A stretch of DNA of 54,366 nt, the filler included, from Deltaproteobacteria bacterium (GTDB taxonomy: Bacteria; JACQOV01), in NCBI GenBank assembly GCA_016202395.1. It is 4 parts of 4 records of this genome, joined end to end, with 100 filler letters (N's around TTAATTAATTAA, not from the genome) between each part and the next. Parts side by side here need not be neighbours in the genome. Positions count along the whole stretch, not along the records: positions 36,659 to 46,853 come from JACQOV010000021.1; positions 46,954 to 54,366 come from JACQOV010000025.1; 2 more parts are not named here. One strand, 5' to 3'. How positions within the stretch are numbered: the stretch's first letter is position 1; each line of letters opens with the position of its first letter. The notes under the pieces were generated by a model, which saw only the letters and a program-made list of their open reading frames with translations, ran no database searches and was not told the DNA's origin. A program made the translations under genes and the position numbers. Positions 44,404 to 54,366 of the stretch are shown here, one piece after another.

Positions 44404-45645
44404 TTATTCCCCTTTCTCTTCAGCCTCCACAGCTGGCAAAAGGATCGTGAATGTCGTTCCCTGATTTAACACACTTTGAACCCGGATCGCCCCGTCAAAG
44501 GAATCCACAATCCTCTGACAGATCGCAAGCCCCAGTCCCGTTCCTTTGCCGGGCTCTTTTGTCGTAAAAAAAGGATCAAAAATTCGATACAGATCCTCCG
44601 AAGAGATCCCACAACCAGAGTCTTGAACCTGAATGCGAACCAATAACTGCCCGGAGAGAAATCGATCCTCGCGAACTCGGCGCGTAGCGGAAAAGTCAAC
44701 ATCGGGAGGATCCCCACGCCGTCTCCTTTCCACGGGAACGAGACTCCCCTCTTCGTAGCGGATAGAATCGCAGGAGAGCTTGAGCTTTCCGCTGCCGCTC
44801 ATTGCATCGACCGCATTCACAATGAGATTGACAAAAACCTGCTGAAGCTGATGGGAATTAGCCATCACCGAGGGGACCGAACAGGCAGAGACCTCACAGT
44901 CAATCCTTTTAAGCAATCCCTGATGCTTCAAAAGCTCCACGGTGCCTTGCACAACCTGAGAAACTTGAACCTTTTCTAAAGTGATCTCTCTCTGTCGCGA
45001 AAAATCGACCAACTCTCGAATAATTCGATGAATGCGATTCAATTCTTGAGACATCCGCTGGGAGTAATTTTGGGTCGGCTCGTCCCCTCGTTTCTTGAGA
45101 ATCTCCACATAGCCTTGAACCGCGCTTAAAGGATTTCCGATTTCATGAGCGACCCCCGCAGCCAGTCGCCCGATAGAGGCCCATTTCTCGGCCCGAATGA
45201 CCTCGCCCTGAGCCTCCGTGAGCTGTTGATTGACCCTCTCTAGAGCCTTCACATGATCCTGAATCAACTCTTTCTGAAGCTTTAAACTTTGAACCATCCT
45301 TTGGAAGGCTCGGGCTAGCTCTCCAATCTCGTTCTTGGTGTCAATCCGAACCTCAGCATCGAACCTTCCTTGAGCCACTTTCTCTGTTGCGTCCAGCAGC
45401 TGCCGTAGGGGGCGGACAACCCGTTCCGTGAGAACAAGAGAGCCAAACAAAATGATGACTAAGAGATCGGCGGCTAAGAGGAGCAACAGAATCCTTTTCG
45501 TATTTTCAAACTCCACACCATAGTAGATCGCCACAGCAAACACGGTTCCTAAAAGAGAAAATGTTCCGACCACTAAAACCGTAATGGTCAAAAGGAGCTC
45601 GCTCCTTAGTCCTAATCCAAATTTCTTTGACTTTTCCAATAGCAT
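44404..45645 (-). CDS. HAMP sensor histidine kinase (PilS2-like)
   Basis: Two [38 protein letters not shown]; start reassigned to 45645. Confidence 0.9.
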   Translation of the reverse strand: MLLEKSKKFGLGLRSELLLTITVLVVGTFSLLGTVFAVAIYYGVEFENTKRILLLLLAADLLVIILFGSLVLTERVVRPLRQLLDATEKVAQGRFDAEVRIDTKNEIGELARAFQRMVQSLKLQKELIQDHVKALERVNQQLTEAQGEVIRAEKWASIGRLAAGVAHEIGNPLSAVQGYVEILKKRGDEPTQNYSQRMSQELNRIHRIIRELVDFSRQREITLEKVQVSQVVQGTVELLKHQGLLKRIDCEVSACSVPSVMANSHQLQQVFVNLIVNAVDAMSGSGKLKLSCDSIRYEEGSLVPVERRRRGDPPDVDFSATRRVREDRFLSGQLLVRIQVQDSGCGISSEDLYRIFDPFFTTKEPGKGTGLGLAICQRIVDSFDGAIRVQSVLNQGTTFTILLPAVEAEEKGE

Positions 45646-45680
45646 AAAGTCTCTGAGCAACGCTGTAGCCGCTTTTGTGT

Positions 45681-46427
45681 TCACCCTTTTTCTCCCCAAA
45701 ACAGAATAATAGCCGCAGCGATCGACAAAAACGGCCCGAAGGGGATCGCGGTTTTTAATCCCTTCCGATAACGAATCCACAGCAATAAACCGACAAGGGA
45801 TCCCAAAAGAGAACCGATAAAAAGGGTTAAAAAAGCCCCGAAAACTCCTAAAAATGAACCGATCATGGCTAAGAGTTTGACATCCCCTCCCCCTAACCCT
45901 TCCATCCCGCGGAGCGAACGGTAGATGAAAGCCACCAGATAAAGCGAGCCTCCTCCGATCAAACACCCTAGGAAAGATTGAAGGGGAGAGCCTGTTGGAA
46001 GAAAAAAAGAGGATCCTAAACCAACACCCATTCCTGGGAGTGTTAAGAGATCAGGGATGATCTGATGTCGGGCATCAATCACAACAATCACCAAGAGAGA
46101 GAGAAGAAAATAGAGATAAACCCCAAAGGAGAGAGACCCACCCAGAAGAGCGTAAAGTCCAACAGCGAGAAGAGCGCTTGTCCCTTCTACCAATGGATAC
46201 TGTAGGGAGATGGAGGCCTTGCAGAAACGGCAACGCCCCCTTAAAAAGAAGAAACTGAAGAGAGGAATATTGTCGTGCCACCGGATCGATTTCTGACAGC
46301 GAGGGCAGCGAGAACGGGGTCGCACGACCGATTCTCCTTGAGGAAGCCTCAGGATACACACATTGGCAAAGCTTCCTAAGGCGGCTCCGAGAAGGGCTGA
46401 TAGGATGAAACCTGGGGCATCGTTCAT
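45681..46427 (-). CDS. pilD: Prepilin peptidase/N-methyltransferase
   Basis: GSFANVCI.RLP, two CxxC, GGGDVKL, IPFGPFL. Confidence 0.95.
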   Translation of the reverse strand: MNDAPGFILSALLGAALGSFANVCILRLPQGESVVRPRSRCPRCQKSIRWHDNIPLFSFFFLRGRCRFCKASISLQYPLVEGTSALLAVGLYALLGGSLSFGVYLYFLLSLLVIVVIDARHQIIPDLLTLPGMGVGLGSSFFLPTGSPLQSFLGCLIGGGSLYLVAFIYRSLRGMEGLGGGDVKLLAMIGSFLGVFGAFLTLFIGSLLGSLVGLLLWIRYRKGLKTAIPFGPFLSIAAAIILFWGEKG

Positions 46428-46499
46428 GCGGTTTTCCTCGCTAAGAGTTGATTTTCTCTATACTATCACAACTACGCAAAATTTGCAAAGATTTCCGAA

Positions 46500-46682
46500 G
46501 AGGTAGTTCTCTGAACTTGCTAGTGTAGTGTCTCCAACGCTTCTTTACATATACCGTTCGCCCTGAGCTTGTCGAAGGGCGAACTACATCGCGGGGTTCC
46601 GTTCATGGTTCGACAGGCTCACCACGAACGGATTGTAAGTGATTACTGAGACACTACACTAGCGAGTTCAGAGACCTAACTC
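46500..46682. mobile_element. Nested IR element: family C ends enclosing tagtgtagtgtctc/gagacactacacta arms and a REP-like hairpin
   Basis: 35-bp IRs 46500-46534/46648-46682 with 3 mismatches; inner ccgttcg...cttgtcgaa / ttcgacagg...cgaacgg. Confidence 0.75.
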
Positions 46683-46740
46683 CCCTAAGGAACATCCCAA
46701 AAATTCCGTAACGTTCGCTCAAAAAAACATCCCCGTGAAC

Positions 46741-46853
46741 TTTTCCCACCTTCACCAACAGTTTTTCTTGCTTGGCCTCGCGGGTGGCATGGGGCGGGGG
46801 ACCCCCAGGCGCGCGGACCGTGGAGCACGCCTGGGGGAAGCCCCATGACAGGA
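46741..46853 (-). repeat. Repeat family B, partial at contig end
   Basis: Reverse complement of about 710-821. Confidence 0.85.
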
Positions 46854-46953
46854 NNNNNNNNNNNNNNNNNNNNNNNNNNNNNNNNNNNNNNNNNNNNTTA
46901 ATTAATTAANNNNNNNNNNNNNNNNNNNNNNNNNNNNNNNNNNNNNNNNNNNN
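46854..46953. other. Artificial contig linker
   Basis: N44-TTAATTAATTAA-N44. Confidence 0.98.
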
Positions 46954-47011
46954 AATACTCCCACTGTTACCGATGTATCTCAACCTCTTCAATACGAGTT
47001 ACAGGGTGCCT

Positions 47012-47686
47012 CTATGGAGATTCCACAAGTTTTGATTTCAAGTAGCCCAACCGACTGCTTAACACTACTTTCTTCTCTGGATCACTCAGAATCGAACCGA
47101 GCACAACTTTGAAATCCTGATCCGAAAAATCGTTCAATACCCATCGTATTCTTTCTCGTATGGAAGAGGAAAGCTTGTTAAAATCTCCCGCTCCTCTTCG
47201 AGTTAAAAACTCGAGATCGTAGGCATCTCGAATTTCTTTACGATCCACCAAAGCTTGCACCTTATTTCCCCACATTTGTCCGAGCGTAAGAGTTCGTAAT
47301 CGCACCTGAATGGAGAAAAATGGCGAATGGGCAATGTTTAATTCCGTCTTTTTAGCGCGCTCCGGATCTTTGCGCACTTCAATTTTCAACCGCCGAGGAT
47401 AAGGGGTCATTCGAAGCTCCCAAAGAAACGAAAAATGCTTTTCATGCTCATCCGTAATATCAGCCCCCATGCGCCTCAGAGCTTTGGAAAAATTTTCCGC
47501 TAACGGAATAAACTTCTCCCTTTCTTTAAGGAGATAGAAGTCAAAATCCACGGAATAGCGAGGAAGATCAAAACAAAGCCGCAACATGGTTCCGCCTCCA
47601 AATGCGAGCGCATCTAAAATTTTGACTTTCCTCATTTCGTCTAAAATAAGCATCTCAAACTGTTCATGTTGTTCTAGAACTTTCAA
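47012..47686 (-). CDS. AbiEii-family nucleotidyltransferase toxin (type IV TA)
   Basis: FGGGTMLRL...RYSVDFDF, K..AL..R...RDAYDL. Confidence 0.88.
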   Translation of the reverse strand: MKVLEQHEQFEMLILDEMRKVKILDALAFGGGTMLRLCFDLPRYSVDFDFYLLKEREKFIPLAENFSKALRRMGADITDEHEKHFSFLWELRMTPYPRRLKIEVRKDPERAKKTELNIAHSPFFSIQVRLRTLTLGQMWGNKVQALVDRKEIRDAYDLEFLTRRGAGDFNKLSSSIRERIRWVLNDFSDQDFKVVLGSILSDPEKKVVLSSRLGYLKSKLVESP

Positions 47687-48272
47687 TCTCTTTCCTCCAT
47701 TTCTCGTAAAATTGATTCACACGTTTTGGATAATTCTTGAGCCGCTTTTCAATAGAATTCCAGTGAATGTCTTTGAGGTTCAAAGCAGAATGATCTAAAG
47801 CATACCTCCCTATCGAAGTGAAGTAGAGGCAATCGAGAAGCGCTTTCTCAGGATCTGCAATAAACAAACCATCCATGCGACGATACCCAAAGTAAAAAGA
47901 AGGCTGACAATAATAATATTTGAACGAAATGGATTGAACCTGATAATTCTTACTCCGGACTGGGTTTGCAGCCTCAATGAGGTTCTGATGAAGCTGCGTC
48001 GTCAAACCATAAAAAGATAGAGCTGTCTGAAAAGAAACATATGACGGAGTTTGGATTAGATTTGAAAGAAGGAATAGCTCCCTCTCTCCAAGTTGATTCC
48101 ATTTTTCGCTTAAAATGTAGAGATCCCGTCGAAGTCGAATGAGATCGCCCGATTTCACTTTCCGATTACAAAACACGCGTGCCGAAGGCCTTGAAATTTC
48201 CAAGATTTTAGAAATATCCTCTAAGGCATAGCAAGAACGATGTAATTTTCTTAGCAAACCTATGCTTTTCAT
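47664..48272 (-). CDS. AbiEi-family antitoxin (type IV TA)
   Basis: LIRLRRDLY, PSYVSFQTALSFYGL, IADPEKALLD. Confidence 0.88.
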   Translation of the reverse strand: MKSIGLLRKLHRSCYALEDISKILEISRPSARVFCNRKVKSGDLIRLRRDLYILSEKWNQLGERELFLLSNLIQTPSYVSFQTALSFYGLTTQLHQNLIEAANPVRSKNYQVQSISFKYYYCQPSFYFGYRRMDGLFIADPEKALLDCLYFTSIGRYALDHSALNLKDIHWNSIEKRLKNYPKRVNQFYEKWRKEIESSRTT

Positions 48273-48276
48273 ATAT

Positions 48277-48304
48277 AGAAGATTAGCATATTTGATAATC
48301 TTCT
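48277..48304 (-). promoter_or_regulatory. Operator IR overlapping the abiE promoter
   Basis: agaagatta-N10-taatcttct perfect 9-bp arms just upstream of the ATG. Confidence 0.65.
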
Positions 48305-48331
48305 GTCTATAGTTTTATTTTGGGGAAACCC

Positions 48332-48360
48332 TTGACCCTTTCTTATAGACTCTATACCCT
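48332..48360 (+). promoter_or_regulatory. Sigma70-type promoter of tRNA
   Basis: TTGACC-N17-TACCCT. Confidence 0.55.
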
Positions 48361-48375
48361 ATCTCCTTGGGAATC

Positions 48376-48452
48376 GCGCCCGTAGCTCAGATGGATAGAG
48401 CGGTGGCCTCCGAAGCCACAGGCCGCAGGTTCGATTCCTGCCGGGCGCACCA
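48376..48452 (+). tRNA. tRNA-Arg(CCG)
   Basis: Acceptor gcgcccg/cgggcgc, D arm, anticodon stem gtggc-ctCCGaa-gccac, GGTTCGATTCC, encoded CCA; 77 nt. Confidence 0.97.
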
Positions 48453-48501
48453 TTTTTACTTTCACTCTCGTCCCTGATATAATTCGACAAAGGAGGTATC
48501 T

Positions 48502-48723
48502 ATGAAAACAAAATGCTTTGTTTGCAATATCGTCGGTCTCTTAGTGATTATTGGCGCGCTCAACTGGGGATTAGTCGGAATCTTCCAATTGAACGTCGTG
48601 GATGCGATCTTCGGAGAGATGAGCATCTTAGGCCGAGTCCTCTACAGCCTAGTGGGCCTGGCAGGGGTGATGAAGCTCATCACCTGCTTTAAAGACTGCC
48701 CCAAGTGTAAAAAAGAGGCCTAG
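48502..48723 (+). CDS. DUF378 small membrane protein
   Basis: LVIIGALNWGLVG...N.V..IFG...R..Y.LVGLAG. Confidence 0.9.
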   Translation: MKTKCFVCNIVGLLVIIGALNWGLVGIFQLNVVDAIFGEMSILGRVLYSLVGLAGVMKLITCFKDCPKCKKEA

Positions 48724-48738
48724 ACCGGTTCACAAGGA

Positions 48739-49845
48739 ATGACACAAGAAAGTTTTCTGCTCCCAACCCTCCTTAAAGCATTGAGTATTCCTTTATGCAT
48801 TTTTCTAAATGCCTTTTTCGTGGCGGCTGAATTTGCTTTGGTGGCAGCGCGGCGCACTCGGCTCCAGGAACTTGCCAACGCCGGAAAAGGGGGTGCGAAA
48901 GCGGCGCTGGCGAGCGTTAAGAACCTCGATACCTCCATCGCCGCCACACAACTGGGAATTACTCTTGCCTCCATCGCCTTGGGATGGCTTGGAGAACCGA
49001 TCCTGGCCCACGCCATCGACACAGGGTATCAAATCTTATTTCCAAGCACTCTGCTCTCTTCCATCGCGGTTCACTCCATCGCAACCGCTCTGGCCTTTAC
49101 CTTGATCTCTTTTCTGCATGTGGTCTTCGGAGAACTCGCGCCAAAAGCTCTGGCCCTACAAATGCCGGAGCAAGTGGCCCTTCGATTGGCTTGGCCCTTG
49201 ATCCTTTTTGAAAGGCTATTTCGACCTTTCATCTGGGTCCTCAACGGCGCTGGAAATGCCATCGTGAAAATATTGGGCCTTCGATCCGATCCGCGTTCCA
49301 GGGTTCATTCCATCGAGGAGCTCAAAATGCTTTTGGAACAAACCCATGAGGCAGGGGTTTTGCCTCAAAGCCAAAGGGATCTTGTCCGGAGGGCTTTTGA
49401 ATTCGGGCCCAAGAAAGTGAAAGAGGTAATGATCCCTTACAACAAAGCCATTGCCATCGAACTTCGCACCCCTCCGGAACAACTGATCGAACTGATGACC
49501 GAGGCCGGGCACACGCGCATCCCCGTATACGATGAAAATCCGGACCATGTGATGGGCATTCTCCATACCAAGGATCTGTTTAATATTGCTGTGCACAGAG
49601 AACTCTTCCACCTCATCGATCTTCTTCGCCCCCCCATCTATTTTGAGCCGAACCAAAGCCTGGAGGCGGCTTTCCGAGAGTTCCAGCAAACGCGAACCCA
49701 CATGGCCTTGGTTAAAGAGAGGGGTAAAATCGTGGGCCTCGTGACGTTGGAAGATCTGATCGAGGAGTTATTTGGAGAGATCGAAGACGAATACGATATC
49801 TCTCGACAAAAGGCCGCGTTGAAAAAAGGTAAGGGACGTCTCTAG
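48739..49845 (+). CDS. CNNM/HlyC-CorC family transporter with CBS pair
   Basis: NAFFVAAEFAL, TQLGIT, GELAPK, HTRIPVY, GLVTLEDLIEELFGEIEDE. Confidence 0.92.
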   Translation: MTQESFLLPTLLKALSIPLCIFLNAFFVAAEFALVAARRTRLQELANAGKGGAKAALASVKNLDTSIAATQLGITLASIALGWLGEPILAHAIDTGYQILFPSTLLSSIAVHSIATALAFTLISFLHVVFGELAPKALALQMPEQVALRLAWPLILFERLFRPFIWVLNGAGNAIVKILGLRSDPRSRVHSIEELKMLLEQTHEAGVLPQSQRDLVRRAFEFGPKKVKEVMIPYNKAIAIELRTPPEQLIELMTEAGHTRIPVYDENPDHVMGILHTKDLFNIAVHRELFHLIDLLRPPIYFEPNQSLEAAFREFQQTRTHMALVKERGKIVGLVTLEDLIEELFGEIEDEYDISRQKAALKKGKGRL

Positions 49846-50012
49846 CAGATTGTTGAAAAACTCATCTGCAGGCTGTTCAAAAAGCTCTCTTTCTGTCATT
49901 GCGACCCCGCCGTTAGCGGGGGAAGCAATCTCCTCGCATGGAGATCGCCACGCCCCCCGCCAGAGGCGGGGGGCTCGCGATGACAAGCTTGAGTTTTTCA
50001 ACAGCCTGCTAG
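49842..50012. mobile_element. MITE family A ends with CTAG direct repeats, carrying a GTCAT...ATGAC hairpin
   Basis: CTAG-cagattgttgaaaaactc ... gagtttttcaacagcctg-CTAG; interior tgtcattgcga...tcgcgatgaca. Confidence 0.85.
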
Positions 50013-50476
50013 GTGATTTCCAAAGGGATCTCCAAAAAATCCCTCCTCTCCGCATCCCAAGCATAGACACACACCTCTTTAACAACGCGATTGTAGACCG
50101 AGAGGACGAGGTAGGCGGAATCGGGATAGGTCGGCTCGTCCCAGGCCATCGCCCGCGCTTTGTCCTCTTGGGAAAAATAGGCGTCGTGTTCTGGATGAGA
50201 ATGATAGAAGGCTTTAAGTTTTTTCCCTTCCTCCACCTCTTTAAGCGCCCATAAAAGTTCCCTCGGTTCCATGAAATAGGCTGTTCTGGCATCCCGCGGA
50301 TACTCTTCGGGATTCTTCTGATGAAGGGAGTTTTGAATGTTGAGGATGCGATGAACCACCTCTTGGCCTTCACGCTCTAAAATCATGCCACAGCACTCTT
50401 CCGGATAGGTGGAAAGCGCGTGGGCCTCCATCGCTTGAAGCGCTCTTTTGTGGATTTGAATCTGTTCTATGGCCAA
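50009..50476 (-). CDS. JAB/MPN+ (Mov34, M67) metallopeptidase, Mec-like
   Basis: YPEECCG, YHSHP...AYFSQED; TTG start inferred. Confidence 0.88.
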   Translation of the reverse strand: MAIEQIQIHKRALQAMEAHALSTYPEECCGMILEREGQEVVHRILNIQNSLHQKNPEEYPRDARTAYFMEPRELLWALKEVEEGKKLKAFYHSHPEHDAYFSQEDKARAMAWDEPTYPDSAYLVLSVYNRVVKEVCVYAWDAERRDFLEIPLEIT

Positions 50477-50483
50477 AATTCTC

Positions 50484-50954
50484 TCACTTGTGAATGACGA
50501 AGGGAACTTGATCGGGTCGGGCATCGCCTTTACCACACAAAACCTGCTGCGCTGAGATCGGCTGGCCGTCGAGCTCGAGTCGAAATGTGACATGTTGCGC
50601 TTTTTCAGACTGAAATTGAAAGCCATCCTGCCCACCGGCCGCGAAACCGGAAAACTCAACCTTGCGAGGCCCCGCTTTTCGAACAAAATCCCCCCCCTCC
50701 ATCTTGTGCTCCATCCGGACACGCTCGATCGCCTCCACCTCGGCATCTGCGGTCACCGTTCCGCTAAATCGATGACCTTCCTTCTTTTTAGAAGTCCATC
50801 GAACATGATACTCATCGCCATCGACCCACACCGCATACCCAACTCCGTCACCCGGATTGAACCCCTTCGGTTTCCCCTGACACTCCTCTGCCTGCAAAGC
50901 AAACCCTTGATAAGACAAGAACATCATCATAAGCAAAATAACCCATCGATTCAT
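50484..50954 (-). CDS. Secreted hypothetical beta-rich protein
   Basis: Signal peptide MNRWVILLMMMF..GFA, GAGGAGG RBS. Confidence 0.75.
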   Translation of the reverse strand: MNRWVILLMMMFLSYQGFALQAEECQGKPKGFNPGDGVGYAVWVDGDEYHVRWTSKKKEGHRFSGTVTADAEVEAIERVRMEHKMEGGDFVRKAGPRKVEFSGFAAGGQDGFQFQSEKAQHVTFRLELDGQPISAQQVLCGKGDARPDQVPFVIHK

Positions 50955-50965
50955 TGGACTCCTCC

Positions 50966-51376
50966 TCACTCGAAAACCTTTACTCCCGCCCTCCGTGCAG
51001 CCGTTGCAAGTTTTCGATCTACAGTAGCTAATCCGATCCCCTTCCTCAAGGCCAGTTCCAAATAAGCGGCATCATAAGCCGATATGGAATAATCCTTAGC
51101 CAACATGGAAAAATGCCACACAAGATCCGGCTCCAAATCGACATCGGTACAAATAGGAACGGCAGCGTAGAGCTCAATAAAGCGTGAAATATCCGCCTGG
51201 GCTAATCTTTTTCGACTTTGAGCAACGGTTAATCCATTGGAAATCTCATACCACCACAAAGCGGGAACCCACAAAACGCCATCCTGAACCTCCTCAAAGA
51301 ATCGATCCGAGCAATCTGAATTTTCGTCTGGCAGCGACCACGCCAAAGCGATCGAAGCATCTAATACCCAATCCAT
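50966..51376 (-). CDS. PIN-domain toxin (VapC family)
   Basis: VLDASIALAW, PALWWYE, SAYDAAYLELA, TVDRKL. Confidence 0.9.
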   Translation of the reverse strand: MDWVLDASIALAWSLPDENSDCSDRFFEEVQDGVLWVPALWWYEISNGLTVAQSRKRLAQADISRFIELYAAVPICTDVDLEPDLVWHFSMLAKDYSISAYDAAYLELALRKGIGLATVDRKLATAARRAGVKVFE

Positions 51377-51630
51377 TAATAACGACGTCCTTCCTCGATC
51401 AACTCAAGGACATTCACAGTTCCTTTGATCTTGCTCCGAAGCTCCTGGAAAGCAGCGCGAATCTTCGAAGGGTTAAAAGGTTCCTTTCGCGAAGTCGCAG
51501 GGATCAACCGTGCAACAACCTTGCCATGCCTCTCGATGATGTAAGACTTCCCTTGCTCAGCTCCCCGTAACAACTCCGAAAGGTGTGTTTTTGCCTGAAA
51601 GGCACTAAATCGAGATTCTTTTCTCTTCAT
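51376..51630 (-). CDS. Phd/YefM-family antitoxin
   Basis: AFQAKTHLSELL...G....IERHGKVVARLIP. Confidence 0.9.
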   Translation of the reverse strand: MKRKESRFSAFQAKTHLSELLRGAEQGKSYIIERHGKVVARLIPATSRKEPFNPSKIRAAFQELRSKIKGTVNVLELIEEGRRY

Positions 51631-51639
51631 ACTTGAACC

Positions 51640-51668
51640 AGTTTAATAAACTAGTTTAATTTTGTCAA
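51640..51668 (-). promoter_or_regulatory. Promoter/operator of phd-vapC
   Basis: TTGACA-N17-TAAACT containing palindrome aaactagttt. Confidence 0.7.
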
Positions 51669-52288
51669 ATATTCTTCAAACCATCCGGTGGCAAGTCGGG
51701 CGACCTCTTCGAGAGCGCCTGGCTCTTCAAAAAGATGACTGGCTCCCGGAACAATGACAAGCCGTTTTTGGCTCCGGATCTGCTCAAAGGCCTCCTCATT
51801 CATGCCAATAACAGGGCCATCCTCCCCTCCAATGATGAGCAGTGTCGGAGATTTTACTTTGGGAAGATCCTCCATCGCAAGATCGGGGCGCCCACCGCGT
51901 GAAACAACCGCCTTGATCTTTAAATCGGAGCGAGCCGCCGCTTTGAGGGCGGCAGCCGCGCCGGTGCTCGCGCCAAAGTAACCGATGGGGAGCCATCGGA
52001 TCATCGGTTCGTTTTCGGCCCAAGCGAAAGCCCCTTGCAATCGCTCTGTCAGAAGGTCGATATCAAAAACTTTGGAACGATCCCTCTCCTCTTCCGAGGT
52101 CAAAAGATCGATCAAAAGGGTCGCAAAACCTGCCTTTTGAAGAACCTTTGCCACAAAGGTGTTCCGAGGGCTTAAACGACCACTGCCACTCCCATGAGCA
52201 AACAGGATGAGTCCATGAACGGGTTCAGGAATCGAGAGAATCCCTTTTGTGATAATCTTTCCACATGGAATGTCCACCTCACGTTCCA

Positions 52289-52289
<1 letters not shown>
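51651..52289 (-). CDS. Dienelactone hydrolase-like alpha/beta hydrolase
   Basis: FAHGSGSGR.SPRN, GYFGASTGAAAAL, SRGGRPDL, HLFEEPG. Confidence 0.88.

Positions 52290-54366
<2,077 letters not shown>

Overview
Bacterial chromosomal DNA, probably a metagenome-assembled Deltaproteobacteria-like genome (inferred from the Myxococcus/Geobacter-type pilD-pilS2-pilR2-pilMNOPQ-aroC order and the ahbAB heme genes). It consists of four contigs joined by artificial 100-nt N/TTAATTAATTAA linkers (16960-17059, 36559-36658, 46854-46953), so adjacency across these joins is not biological evidence. Most genes are housekeeping (thiI, sppA, tatC, nfi, aspA/fumC, mutY, slt, rlpA, lpxH, trxB, nadA, aroC, type IV pilus, ligA, tRNA-Arg(CCG)). 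There are also four toxin-antitoxin pairs and several families of nested palindromic/MITE repeats. The outstanding feature is 20931-27240, a tandem array of five 'mini-Rhs' genes (about 350-390 aa). Each has a Sec-type signal peptide fused directly to only the terminal ~110-aa Rhs core, retains both catalytic-position Asp residues, and ends in a variable C-terminal domain. There is no YD-repeat barrel and no immunity gene. The array lies behind a consensus sigma54 promoter with two consensus IHF sites and shows evidence of module shuffling. All calls come from reading motifs by eye; no database searches were run.
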